This document shows, piece after piece, positions 28,694-38,291 of a stretch of 64,000 nucleotides of DNA. The position numbers and the translations under genes were made by a program. The notes under the pieces are model-generated. The model had not been told where the DNA came from. It saw only the letters and a list, made by a program, of their open reading frames with translations, and did no database searches. The stretch covers positions 45,313 through 109,312 of IMG/VR virus record IMGVR_UViG_3300017784_007549; one strand, 5' to 3'. This DNA comes from a virus. How positions within the stretch are numbered: the stretch's first letter is position 1; each line of letters begins with the position of its first letter.

Positions 28694-30174
28694 AGTATTT
28701 CTCCATCATTTTGATTAGAGTCATTAAGTTCGTAACGCTCTCTTTGAGAAGCGGATACATCATTCAAAGATCCACGCTCTTCAATATTAAAATTTTCTAC
28801 TTGATAGTTTAAATAATTCTGCGCCCATGTTTCTTTACCCGTACAATCTAATCTTCTAACTAGATCTTGGTGACCCGCAGCATCTTTACCTTGAAATCTA
28901 GTTTTTGTTGGTATTAATTTATGCGTTCCAAATGCTTGTCCATCTAGAGCAAGTTCATCTAAAGTTTTTCTTCTAAAGATCGCTACAAAGGAAGCAAACC
29001 ATTGAAGTCTGTCTGATAAAGAGATTACTGAGCTATCGTCAACTACCTCTGTGCCTTTTCTATTAAAGCTTTCTCCAGTTCTATTTAATTGCATTGCAGT
29101 AATAACTGGACATTGAATTTCTTCTGATATTCTTTTAAGTTTATCAATTTTATCTCCAATAGCTTGATGCTCTGCCCAATTTTGACCAACCTTTTCTCCA
29201 GTTAATTTTATATAATCGTAAGCTATCATAGCTTGATTTCCTCTGCCAACTTTTGAAAGATACCATCTGCGGATAATAGAACAAATTTGATCTATGTTTT
29301 TGTTACCGACATGATAATGAAAATATTCATACTTCTTTACTTTACTCCAAGCTTCTCTTACCTTCTTTGTCATTTCTTCATTTTTACGCCAGTTACCAGT
29401 TTCAAGATACCAAACTGGTACTCCACTCAAAGATGCAACCATTCTTAATTGAATATCTACGGTTTGCATTTCGGTGTCGAGAATCAAAGTCTTTGTTTTA
29501 TTCTTTGGGTTAATGGCAGTCTTAAAACAAATATCATTAAGCCAAGTTGATTTTCCTTGGCCGGGTCTGCTAGCAATAGCATAAATATTACCATTTTTTA
29601 AACCGCCGTACATTCTATTAAATTCTGAATATGGTGTGATAAGTCCAGTTTCATCTTTAGGAGAATTTCCTCTTTCTTCAATAAGGTCTTCTACTCCTTC
29701 AAAAATATTAATTGGTATGTCGTTTTCAGAATAAGATGATATTTTTTTATTGTATATACCATCTATCTTACCAATGATCTCGTCTAGTGAATCTTCTGCA
29801 TTTTTAGTAACATATTCTTTAAGATTGTCTGCTGTTTGACAAAGCTCTCTTCTTACTCTAAATTTAATTAACTCCTTGCACGCTGCCATTGTTGCTTGTT
29901 CTGTGATCTGAGAAAAAGTTAAATTATCTATATAATCAAAAATATTAATTTCATCTTTAAAAGATATGCCCAAGTTCTTTATCTTTTCAGCTAATAAGAC
30001 TTTATCTACGTTTTCCCCTTTATATTTAATATTCTTAAATACTGAATAAATAGTAGAATGAACATCATTAAAGAAGTCATTTTCAGATAAAAAAACATCA
30101 ATATCCGCAAACAGATCTTGATATTTTAATAAACCACTAAGAACATGCCGTTCTACTTGTAAGGAGTAAATCAT
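28690..30174 (-). CDS. dnaB: Replicative DNA helicase
   Basis: ASRPGQGKS Walker A, DTEM, YDYI, AMQLNR. Confidence 0.92.
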   Translation of the reverse strand: MIYSLQVERHVLSGLLKYQDLFADIDVFLSENDFFNDVHSTIYSVFKNIKYKGENVDKVLLAEKIKNLGISFKDEINIFDYIDNLTFSQITEQATMAACKELIKFRVRRELCQTADNLKEYVTKNAEDSLDEIIGKIDGIYNKKISSYSENDIPINIFEGVEDLIEERGNSPKDETGLITPYSEFNRMYGGLKNGNIYAIASRPGQGKSTWLNDICFKTAINPKNKTKTLILDTEMQTVDIQLRMVASLSGVPVWYLETGNWRKNEEMTKKVREAWSKVKKYEYFHYHVGNKNIDQICSIIRRWYLSKVGRGNQAMIAYDYIKLTGEKVGQNWAEHQAIGDKIDKLKRISEEIQCPVITAMQLNRTGESFNRKGTEVVDDSSVISLSDRLQWFASFVAIFRRKTLDELALDGQAFGTHKLIPTKTRFQGKDAAGHQDLVRRLDCTGKETWAQNYLNYQVENFNIEERGSLNDVSASQRERYELNDSNQNDGEIL

Positions 30175-30183
30175 TCAATATAC

Positions 30184-30212
30184 ATGATACCAAACTAAAA
30201 ATTAAAAGTCAA
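30184..30212 (-). promoter_or_regulatory. sigma70-type promoter, near-leaderless
   Basis: TTGACT-17 nt-TATCAT, then 9 nt to ATG. Confidence 0.7.
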
Positions 30213-30215
30213 GTT

Positions 30216-30488
30216 TTAACTATCCTCATCATCTTCTTCGTCATTTTGCTTTTCGTTATTTCTATTAATTAAATCTGTGGTAGCTTCAAAATTCAATTGA
30301 TCAACGCTTTGGCCCCATGTATTTAAATAATATAAAAGGGCCATAGCATTTATTTGATTATCAAATTTTGTATATACTTGTGGTTCACCTTTTGCAGAGA
30401 AATTAAATAAAATATATCCACCATAACTGCACTCGTCAATCTGTTTTAATAAAGATTCTGGAAAATTGAATTTCTTCTTATTAGTCAC
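30216..30488 (-). CDS. Hypothetical protein
   Basis: 90 aa with acidic tail; GTGTAA at 30498-30503 lies 9 nt upstream. Confidence 0.7.
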   Translation of the reverse strand: MTNKKKFNFPESLLKQIDECSYGGYILFNFSAKGEPQVYTKFDNQINAMALLYYLNTWGQSVDQLNFEATTDLINRNNEKQNDEEDDEDS

Positions 30489-30503
30489 TATAAACTTTTA
30501 CAC

Positions 30504-30923
30504 TTAAATAATAAGCACTCCACACTTTTCTTCTATATATTGTGGTGATAAATTTTTAAGGTCATCTTCATAAACCTCTATAAACTTAAACCCATTTGTT
30601 TCTATCCATTTTTCTTTTTTAACATCCCTTTTGATGCTCTCAAGATATTTTAATCTTGAATTATCATGAAAGAACTTATTAAATGATTCATGCTGGGCTC
30701 CTTGTATCTCCACGGCTATCTTTTTTGTTGCATTTAATAAATCTATCTTAAGCATGCTTCCATAAACAGGGAACTCTTCATAAACTATGTGATTTTTCCA
30801 ATAAGGATAAAAGAATGTTTTAAATTTATATTGGAGCTTACTTCTACTTTTGGCTTCCCAATTAATTAAGTATTTTCTAACATTCTTGTTAACGAGTTTG
30901 CCGTTAACATTTAAAAGCCTCAT
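30504..30923 (-). CDS. Small PD-(D/E)xK endonuclease (Vsr/DUF559-like)
   Basis: EEFPV...KIDLL...IAVEIQGAQH...KRDVKK. Confidence 0.75.
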   Translation of the reverse strand: MRLLNVNGKLVNKNVRKYLINWEAKSRSKLQYKFKTFFYPYWKNHIVYEEFPVYGSMLKIDLLNATKKIAVEIQGAQHESFNKFFHDNSRLKYLESIKRDVKKEKWIETNGFKFIEVYEDDLKNLSPQYIEEKCGVLII

Positions 30924-32065
30924 AGAGCTAGAGTGTTAATGAATTTATTATAAAAATAATCTACAATTGGTTTATTTTCTTCTAAATAAGATCTTAGATT
31001 ATCAATGCCTTGATGTTGTTTCTTTAAATCTAAATTACTATTTTTAAGTTCTTCAATAATCTCATCTGAGAAAGTAACCCATGCACCTTTCGCAGTTGCA
31101 AATTCCCAAGAAAGAATTTGATCAATAATTTCATATTCTTTCCATACCGAAGAACCGTCTTTTCTTCCATATTTAATTGGATATTGAACTTTTGAATTGG
31201 TAGTTTCATTAGTAGATTTTTTAATAGTAATTTTAACATTATGACCAATAATTTTATTTTTAATTTGATCGTATCTTTCATTCGGTTTCTCAAGAATAAG
31301 ATCTTTGCCAAACTTTGGTTCAAATTCAAGTATCCAATTAGCAAAATGTAAAAGCGCATTTCCACCCGTTGCAGTAGTTTGGCGGATATCTTTATTGGCA
31401 GCATATGGATCAAGTTTAATATCAGAACGAACTTGACTTATGAATATGGCCATATGACCACGTTTAGAAAGAGCTAAAGATATTCTTTTCATAAGCATCG
31501 AAGATATAACGGCTCCTCCTGCTACCTTGGTCGCTTCTGTCATACTTTTCAAGCTATCGCCTTTAGTCATTAATCCGTCTACAGAATCTAGCATAAACAT
31601 ATATCTTTTATCTTCGTCATTATTTTGAATAAGATCTTTCATAAGCTCAGAAACTGTTTCAAAAATATTGCATTCAAAAACGAAACATGTACCATCTTCC
31701 CACTCTTCAGCAGAAGTTACAAACTTTATTCCAGATCTCTCTTTGATCTCTTTGCTTAATCTTCCTTCCGCTTTAAATAAGAGCGCTTTAGAGTCCTTTA
31801 CCGTTTTAAGAAAATTCTTCATTACTTCTAAAGCTTCTGAAGTTTTCCCACCTTCGTTCATCCCTATAAATCTGTGAAGTCCGGGACAAAGACCACCACT
31901 AGTTGCTATATCTAAATTTAAACTACCAGTAGATACTTTATAGTAAACCTCTTCTTCATAATTATAATGATCGTCTTTATTTTCTTTTAAAAATGAAGAT
32001 AATCTACTCTTCGCGCTAGGCCCAGTATCTTGTACTGGTTCTTGTTCTTTAGGTTTTCTTCCCAT
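30920..32065 (-). CDS. RecA/UvsX-like recombinase
   Basis: STGSLNLD, GMNEGGKTS, LDSV, ISQVR, TGGNALLHFA. Confidence 0.88.
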   Translation of the reverse strand: MGRKPKEQEPVQDTGPSAKSRLSSFLKENKDDHYNYEEEVYYKVSTGSLNLDIATSGGLCPGLHRFIGMNEGGKTSEALEVMKNFLKTVKDSKALLFKAEGRLSKEIKERSGIKFVTSAEEWEDGTCFVFECNIFETVSELMKDLIQNNDEDKRYMFMLDSVDGLMTKGDSLKSMTEATKVAGGAVISSMLMKRISLALSKRGHMAIFISQVRSDIKLDPYAANKDIRQTTATGGNALLHFANWILEFEPKFGKDLILEKPNERYDQIKNKIIGHNVKITIKKSTNETTNSKVQYPIKYGRKDGSSVWKEYEIIDQILSWEFATAKGAWVTFSDEIIEELKNSNLDLKKQHQGIDNLRSYLEENKPIVDYFYNKFINTLAL

Positions 32066-32390
32066 AGTTTATAAATTCTAACAGGCTTTTAGGTTTTTTG
32101 CAAACTTTTTTATCTTCCCCAATTTTTATTTCTTCTATTTCGAATTTAATTGGTTCATTTAATTCTAGGCTATCTTTCATTTTTTCCATAACTATAAATT
32201 TCTTACCATCTTCTGTCAAAAAGAATGCTAAACTAGGTAAATTAGCGGGCTTGAGTCCATTCCAAAATGAATAACCTTTATAGGTTTTGATTAATTTTTG
32301 AGCAATTTTAATTTCTCTTGGCCAATCTATTTTTTGATTAATGTATTTTTTAATTATAAATTGACAGAGTTTATGGTTATTCGATTTCAA
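32049..32390 (-). CDS. Hypothetical protein (start revised to TTG 32390)
   Basis: In-frame TTG lies 6 nt after a consensus TATAAT; the ORF-track start 32450 is inside the upstream gene. Confidence 0.6.
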   Translation of the reverse strand: MKSNNHKLCQFIIKKYINQKIDWPREIKIAQKLIKTYKGYSFWNGLKPANLPSLAFFLTEDGKKFIVMEKMKDSLELNEPIKFEIEEIKIGEDKKVCKKPKSLLEFINYGKKT

Positions 32391-32396
32391 TAAATT

Positions 32397-32425
32397 ATTA
32401 TAAAATAATTTTATATAAATGTCAA
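32397..32425 (-). promoter_or_regulatory. Consensus sigma70 promoter, leaderless
   Basis: TTGACA-17 nt-TATAAT. Confidence 0.8.
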
Positions 32426-33399
32426 TGTATTTGTTTTTGTATCCATTCAAAAGTTTTTTTAATTCCCTTAATTAATGGATAACATGGTTCCCAATTTAAT
32501 TTTTCTTTAATTAATTTATTATCAGATTTTCTTCCTCTAACACCTAACGGACCATGAATATTTTTTATATCCAACGCCTTGCCACTTAATTCAATAATCA
32601 TCTTGGCAAAATCATTAATCGAAATCATTTCTTCAGATCCTATGTTAACTGGTCCCTCGAAATTAGATCTCATTAATTTTAATGTACCTTCTACGCATTC
32701 ATCTATATATAAAAATGATCTAGTTTGTTTTCCATCTCCCCAAATTTCTATCTCTTCTTTATTTTTGGCTTCTATAACTTTTCTACAAAGTGCTGCTGGA
32801 GATTTTTCTTTTCCTCCTTTATATGTTCCTTCTGGTCCAAAAACATTGTGATATCTAGCTACATGAACATCTAGGTTATAATTTCTTTTATATGCAAAAT
32901 ATAATCTTTCACTAAAAAGTTTTTCCCAACCATATTCACTATCTGGTGCTGCTGGATAGGCAGATTCTTCTGAGCATTTTGGGTTATTTGGATCTAATTG
33001 ATTATATTCTGGATAAATACAAGCAGAAGAAATATAAAAAATTCTTTTTACTTTTTTCTTGACTGCTTCATTTAATATATTTAAATTTATCAGCGCAGAG
33101 TTATGCATAACATTCGCATCATTTTCTCCTGTAAAAATATATCCTGCTCCTCCCATATCAGCGGCCAATTGATATAATTCATCAATGTCTTCTAATATAA
33201 CAGATTTTACAAAATTGGGGCAAGTCAAATCTCCAATGGTAAATTCATCAGCTGTGCTTTTTGAAAATTGGGGATATTTTAAATCAACGCCTTTAACCCA
33301 AAAATTTTCTTTTTTTAATCTATTTACTATATGTGAACCTATAAAACCTCCAGCCCCACAAACTATTGCTCGTTTTTTACTTTGCATTTTTAATATCAT
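32422..33399 (-). CDS. NAD-dependent epimerase, GDP-mannose 3,5-epimerase-like
   Basis: GAGGFIG, QLAADMGGAGYI, SSACIYP, YGWEK, EKSPAALCRK, GVRGR. Confidence 0.85.
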   Translation of the reverse strand: MILKMQSKKRAIVCGAGGFIGSHIVNRLKKENFWVKGVDLKYPQFSKSTADEFTIGDLTCPNFVKSVILEDIDELYQLAADMGGAGYIFTGENDANVMHNSALINLNILNEAVKKKVKRIFYISSACIYPEYNQLDPNNPKCSEESAYPAAPDSEYGWEKLFSERLYFAYKRNYNLDVHVARYHNVFGPEGTYKGGKEKSPAALCRKVIEAKNKEEIEIWGDGKQTRSFLYIDECVEGTLKLMRSNFEGPVNIGSEEMISINDFAKMIIELSGKALDIKNIHGPLGVRGRKSDNKLIKEKLNWEPCYPLIKGIKKTFEWIQKQIH

Positions 33400-34519
33400 T
33401 CTCCATCATTTTTTTAATTAAATTTTCAAATGTATTTTTTGGTTTCCATCCAAGCTCTTCTCTAGCTCTTGTTGAGTCACCTAAAAGCAATTCAACTTCT
33501 GCTGGTCTATAAAATTTTGGATTAATTTGAACTAATGTATCATTTTTTTCAGATACATATATTGAATGTTCGTTTTCCCCAAACCATTTTGCTTTAATTC
33601 CTACAATATTAAATGCTTTTTCTACAAACTCTTTGATTGTATGCGTTTCATTTGAAGAGAATACATACTCTTGAGGTGTACCATTATAATTTTTACTATA
33701 AAAATCTTGATTTAACATCATCCATATTCCTTCAACAAAATCTTCTGCATCGCTCCAATCCCTCTTCGCTTCTACATTTCCTAATTCTAATGGTATAAAT
33801 TTTTCATTATTCTGAATTGATTTATAAATTCTTGCTACATTCTTAGTGATTTTTCTGGTTACGAATTCTTCTCCTCTTCTTACTCCTTCATGATTAAATA
33901 ACCATCCTTGGATTGCATATAAATTATAAGAATCTCTATAAACTTTAATAAGTTGTCTTGAGGCAGCTTTACTTGCCCCATATGGGCTTCTTGGTCTTAA
34001 TGGATGCTTTTCGTCTTGAGGAGTATAAACTACATTACCAAATTCCTCACTTGAGCCAGCTTGATATAAACGACAAGAAGGTTTATAAAGTCTAATGGCC
34101 TCTAAAATATCCAAAACAGAAGTAGAATTTGTAGCCCAAGTTTGTCTTGCGAAATCCCAACTACTCGCTACAAAACTTTGTGCAGCGAAATTAATAAAAT
34201 AATCTGGTTGTATTTTCTCTACGGTTCTAGCTATTGCATGAGAGTCAGTTAAATCAAAATTAATTAAATAAAATCTATCAGATTTAACATGTTTAATATT
34301 TTCGTGATTATAAACGCTTAATCTTCTAACTCCACCAAAAATAAGATAATCTGTATTCTTGAGTAAAAAGTCAACCATATGGCTACCATCTTGACCAGTA
34401 ACACCAGTAATCACTACAGTTTTTCTTGCATTAATTAATTTACTTGCATCCTCAATATTTAAAATATTTGCTGTATCTATTTTTTTGCCATAATAAGTTT
34501 CTTGAAAATTTTTGCTCAT
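33377..34519 (-). CDS. gmd: GDP-mannose 4,6-dehydratase
   Basis: ITGVTGQDGS, PRSPYGASK, FNHE, FVTRKIT, RPAEVELLLGD. Confidence 0.93.
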   Translation of the reverse strand: MSKNFQETYYGKKIDTANILNIEDASKLINARKTVVITGVTGQDGSHMVDFLLKNTDYLIFGGVRRLSVYNHENIKHVKSDRFYLINFDLTDSHAIARTVEKIQPDYFINFAAQSFVASSWDFARQTWATNSTSVLDILEAIRLYKPSCRLYQAGSSEEFGNVVYTPQDEKHPLRPRSPYGASKAASRQLIKVYRDSYNLYAIQGWLFNHEGVRRGEEFVTRKITKNVARIYKSIQNNEKFIPLELGNVEAKRDWSDAEDFVEGIWMMLNQDFYSKNYNGTPQEYVFSSNETHTIKEFVEKAFNIVGIKAKWFGENEHSIYVSEKNDTLVQINPKFYRPAEVELLLGDSTRAREELGWKPKNTFENLIKKMMENDIKNAK

Positions 34520-34527
34520 AATATGTA

Positions 34528-35502
34528 TTATACTTTATTTTTATAAAATTCAACAGTTTGTTTTAATCCTTGGTTAAAAGAAGTTTTAGGGTACCAATTT
34601 AATTCTTTGTTTATTTTAGTGTTATCTATGGCATATCTGAAGTCGTGTCCTTTACGATCTTCTACAAAAGATATATAATCTTGAGGATTAACATTTAATA
34701 CTATACAGATATCATTAATGATATTTAGATTTGTTTTTTCGCAATTTCCACCAATATTATAAGTTTCTCCAATCTTGCCACTGTTCAATACAAGCCATAC
34801 CGCTTCGCAATGATCCTCAACAAAAATCCAATCTCTTATATTCTTTCCATTACCATAAACAGGTATTTTTTTATTCTTCAATATAGAGTTGATTACAACT
34901 GGTATAAATTTTTCATCATGTTGATTTGGGCCATAATTATTTGAGCAATTTGAAATTGTAACTAAAGTTTTAAAAGTATTATAATAAGCTCTTACCAACA
35001 TATCACTAGAAGCTTTTGAAGCAGAATAGGGTGAATTTGGTGCGTAAGCAGTAGCTTCTGTGAACTTACCCTCCTCGCCCAAACTACCATAAACTTCATC
35101 TGTAGATATGTGATGAAATCTAATTTCTGGAAAATCTCTAATAATTTCTAAAATATTAAACGTACCTAATATATTAGATTCAATAAATCGTCTTGGGTCA
35201 GATATTGAATTATCAACATGAGACTCTGCTGCAAAGTGAACTATATGAGTTATATTATTTTCTTTTATTATTTTTTTAAATTTTTCTTTTTCTTGAGGAA
35301 AATTTAATGCTTCTAACCAAGAATCATAAAATTTATATTTTAAATGGTTTTCAAAAACTTGAACATTGTTTTTATTGGCTGCAGAATGTTGTTTGCTAAA
35401 TGTATCTACATTGACTATAGTATTTATTTCTTTTTTATTAATTATATATTTAATAAAATTAGAACCAATAAAACCTAATCCACCTGTAACTAAAATATTC
35501 AT
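34528..35502 (-). CDS. rfbB: dTDP-glucose 4,6-dehydratase (start revised to ATG 35502)
   Basis: ILVTGGLGFIGS, HFAAESHVD, ISTDEVYG, YSASK, DRKGHDFRY. Confidence 0.93.
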   Translation of the reverse strand: MNILVTGGLGFIGSNFIKYIINKKEINTIVNVDTFSKQHSAANKNNVQVFENHLKYKFYDSWLEALNFPQEKEKFKKIIKENNITHIVHFAAESHVDNSISDPRRFIESNILGTFNILEIIRDFPEIRFHHISTDEVYGSLGEEGKFTEATAYAPNSPYSASKASSDMLVRAYYNTFKTLVTISNCSNNYGPNQHDEKFIPVVINSILKNKKIPVYGNGKNIRDWIFVEDHCEAVWLVLNSGKIGETYNIGGNCEKTNLNIINDICIVLNVNPQDYISFVEDRKGHDFRYAIDNTKINKELNWYPKTSFNQGLKQTVEFYKNKV

Positions 35503-36245
35503 GGTAATAAAATTGTTTGTTTGTTTACTTCTTGCCAATCCGCAAATGGAGACATAAAATGAGTATTCAAATGAGTAGAATAACCGGGCATAAAACTTAA
35601 AACAATTCTATTGTATGGTTCTTGAGTTAAAATTCCAAACCTTGTGTTATCTGCTTTTCCAGAAGTATGAATCTCATAATCTTTATCAAAAAGTTGTTTG
35701 CTCAAAATAAAAGAACCACAAGTGTTAGGAACAGTTCTTAAGTATCTATATGGAGTATAGTAAATTTGAGATTTTAAATCATGATACATTCCCCATTCTG
35801 TATTCTTTCTTTCTGGATTATTTCTTGTATATTTATCTGGATGATCATATAAAGATATATAAGAATTATTAATATTATAATTTGGGTTTGTTTGATATAG
35901 AAATTCAACTGCTTCAATCCAAGGCAAGTGAAGGTAATCTTGTTCTAGGACATAAATTATTTCATTATCCTTGATAGGTTGATTTTTAATATATTCAAAC
36001 GTCATTGTATTTGACTTGAAATCTGTACCACCGTTAATTTGATGAATATTAAATTGATATTTATTTTGATATTTTAATATGAAACTATTTTCAATAGGAC
36101 CATCAAAAATTACAGTTAATTTAGTTTTTTCAGGTTTTAATGTATCTAAGAAATTTTTAAAACATTTCTCTAAAGAGAAATAGTGAGGTCTAAATTTATT
36201 TTCAGATTCTGGGTAACTTGTGGCGCGATAAAAGATATTTATCAT
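35499..36245 (-). CDS. GT-A fold glycosyltransferase-like protein
   Basis: IYVLEQDYLH acidic motif, YDHPDKY; island context. Confidence 0.6.
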   Translation of the reverse strand: MINIFYRATSYPESENKFRPHYFSLEKCFKNFLDTLKPEKTKLTVIFDGPIENSFILKYQNKYQFNIHQINGGTDFKSNTMTFEYIKNQPIKDNEIIYVLEQDYLHLPWIEAVEFLYQTNPNYNINNSYISLYDHPDKYTRNNPERKNTEWGMYHDLKSQIYYTPYRYLRTVPNTCGSFILSKQLFDKDYEIHTSGKADNTRFGILTQEPYNRIVLSFMPGYSTHLNTHFMSPFADWQEVNKQTILLP

Positions 36246-36844
36246 AAGTTATTATAAACAAATTTAGCTGGATTTCCAAACCAAACTTGACCATCTGGAA
36301 CATTTTTAGTAACAACACTCCCAGCTCCAATTACGCAATTTTTACCAATTTTAATTTTGGGTAAAATAATTGAGCCAGCACCAATAAATGTATAATCTCC
36401 AATTTCTGCCTTACCTAGAATGCATGATTGCGGTGCAATCTCACAAAATTTACCTATCTTTACGTCATGAAAAATTTTTGATCCTATATTTAATAAAGAT
36501 CCTTGACAAATTTTAACGCAAGGCTCGATAAAGACATCTTGCAGTATAATAATATTATCTTCAATTATTGTGTCTTGACTTAGTTGAGAGTTAATAAAAT
36601 TAATTGGTTTTAAGTTGTATTTAGATAATGTATTTGTCATATTTTCTCTGCTTCTTGTGCCAGAGATAGCTAAAATGAAATGGGTAAAATCAGTATTGAT
36701 TTTATTTGTTGTTTTAAAATTTTTAAAAAATTCATCAAATATACAATCATCTTGATATATTGAATAATCATATTTAATATTGTGATTATTTAATATTTGT
36801 TTGCATAAGCCTCCTGCCCCAAAAATAAGTATTTTATTTTTCAC
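36242..36844 (-). CDS. Sugar N/O-acetyltransferase (PglD/NeuD-like)
   Basis: IFGAGG N-terminus, hexapeptide repeats, GAGSVVTKNVP...GNPAK. Confidence 0.88.
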   Translation of the reverse strand: MKNKILIFGAGGLCKQILNNHNIKYDYSIYQDDCIFDEFFKNFKTTNKINTDFTHFILAISGTRSRENMTNTLSKYNLKPINFINSQLSQDTIIEDNIIILQDVFIEPCVKICQGSLLNIGSKIFHDVKIGKFCEIAPQSCILGKAEIGDYTFIGAGSIILPKIKIGKNCVIGAGSVVTKNVPDGQVWFGNPAKFVYNNL

Positions 36845-37470
36845 TTCTTATATATTTCAAATTTAGATAAGTCTGGATATGGTAATTCTAAATCTTCATT
36901 GTTCTTGGGCGTTCCGTCTGTGTTGTAAAATTGATTCATTAATAGCAATCCTCTTGCAGCTAACTCTGGCATCATATAAAAATTCCACCCAAGCATATCA
37001 AAATTATCGTCATGATAAGAGCATTCTCTTCGGCCACTATATCTTGCTCTTTTAAACCAAAGATACGCATTATAATCATCGGTCAAAATTGCTCCACCTT
37101 TACTAAGTTTAAAATGTTTATATGGACCAGTAAATGAAATGCACATATGACTATTAGGAATATACATATTAGATGTAAATCTAAGTGCACTATCCCAAAC
37201 TTTTGTAGGTTTTAATTGATAAGCGCCTTTTATTTTAATACCTTCTACTGCTTCAAAATTTATTTTTCCGCCAGCGTGAATAATTTCACACGGTACAGAA
37301 GGATATGTTCTACTAGGAATAGTTATAGTTCGTCCATCTATCTTTTCGTACATTAAAGCAAGGAATAGAGCGTTGCTAGCGTTATCTACAGTAATTACAT
37401 GAGGTGCGCCAGTATATTTACTTAAAGCTTGTTCGAAATCTTCTGTTATTTTATATATTCCATTAGCCAT
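36841..37470 (-). CDS. DegT/DnrJ/EryC1/StrS family aminotransferase (short form)
   Basis: FEQAL, NASNALFLAL, WDSA, SF...K...GGAILTDD, GWNFYM; only 209 aa. Confidence 0.8.
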   Translation of the reverse strand: MANGIYKITEDFEQALSKYTGAPHVITVDNASNALFLALMYEKIDGRTITIPSRTYPSVPCEIIHAGGKINFEAVEGIKIKGAYQLKPTKVWDSALRFTSNMYIPNSHMCISFTGPYKHFKLSKGGAILTDDYNAYLWFKRARYSGRRECSYHDDNFDMLGWNFYMMPELAARGLLLMNQFYNTDGTPKNNEDLELPYPDLSKFEIYKK

Positions 37471-37472
37471 TT

Positions 37473-38291
37473 TTAATCACACAGTATATTCAATGTGTCC
37501 TCTAAAGAGTACTTAGGTTTAAATCCTAAAGATTGTAATTTAGACGTATCCATCCAAAAATTTTTAGTTTGAACTTGTTGATGAAATTTAGGGGTTTGTA
37601 TTATTTTAATGGTACTTTTTGAATTTAATTTATTTTTACAATAATCAATGATATCAATTAATTTAGTGCTTTTGTTATCACCAATATTATAAATTTGATT
37701 ATCTTGTCCTTTTTGGATGACCAGATTAATCGCCATGCAAACATCTTCTACGTTTAGATAATTTCTATAATTATCTCCTTCATAAATATTGATTTCTTCA
37801 TGTTTTTTCAATTTATCTATTAAAAACTCTAAAGCATTTTTCTTTGCTGTAGCCTTTTGATCTCCACCAATAACATTACAGAGTCTCAATATTTTATATT
37901 TAATGTTATTTGTTTGGCAATAAGATTCTGTTAATTGTTCTTGAGTATATTTAGTTATAGAGTAAAAACCTTTTGGATTACAATGATCTGTTTCTTTATT
38001 AATTTCGCAATTATTTTTTCCATAAACGAACCAACTTGATATAAGATTAAAATTATAACTTGAATCCATGTTTTTAAATAATTTTGTTAGTAGCATCAAA
38101 TTAGTATCTACATCCATAGATGGATCTGAAAAGACATTATAATTCGAGTTTGTCGCTCTAAAATAAACAATATCTTTATTTTGGGCATTTATTGAATCTC
38201 TGTTTTCTAGATATGAATCTTGTTTGTATAAATTAATCCATTTGCTTCCAATAAAACCTGTCCCGCCGAAAACGCTTATTTTATTGTTCAT
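37473..38291 (-). CDS. NAD-dependent sugar epimerase/reductase
   Basis: GGTGFIG, ISSWFVYG, YSITK catalytic YxxxK. Confidence 0.85.
   Translation of the reverse strand: MNNKISVFGGTGFIGSKWINLYKQDSYLENRDSINAQNKDIVYFRATNSNYNVFSDPSMDVDTNLMLLTKLFKNMDSSYNFNLISSWFVYGKNNCEINKETDHCNPKGFYSITKYTQEQLTESYCQTNNIKYKILRLCNVIGGDQKATAKKNALEFLIDKLKKHEEINIYEGDNYRNYLNVEDVCMAINLVIQKGQDNQIYNIGDNKSTKLIDIIDYCKNKLNSKSTIKIIQTPKFHQQVQTKNFWMDTSKLQSLGFKPKYSLEDTLNILCD

Noticed and set aside
21988-30174. Inteins or introns in dnaE/dnaB
   Set aside because: Catalytic motifs are contiguous; no intein-like insert or homing endonuclease seen
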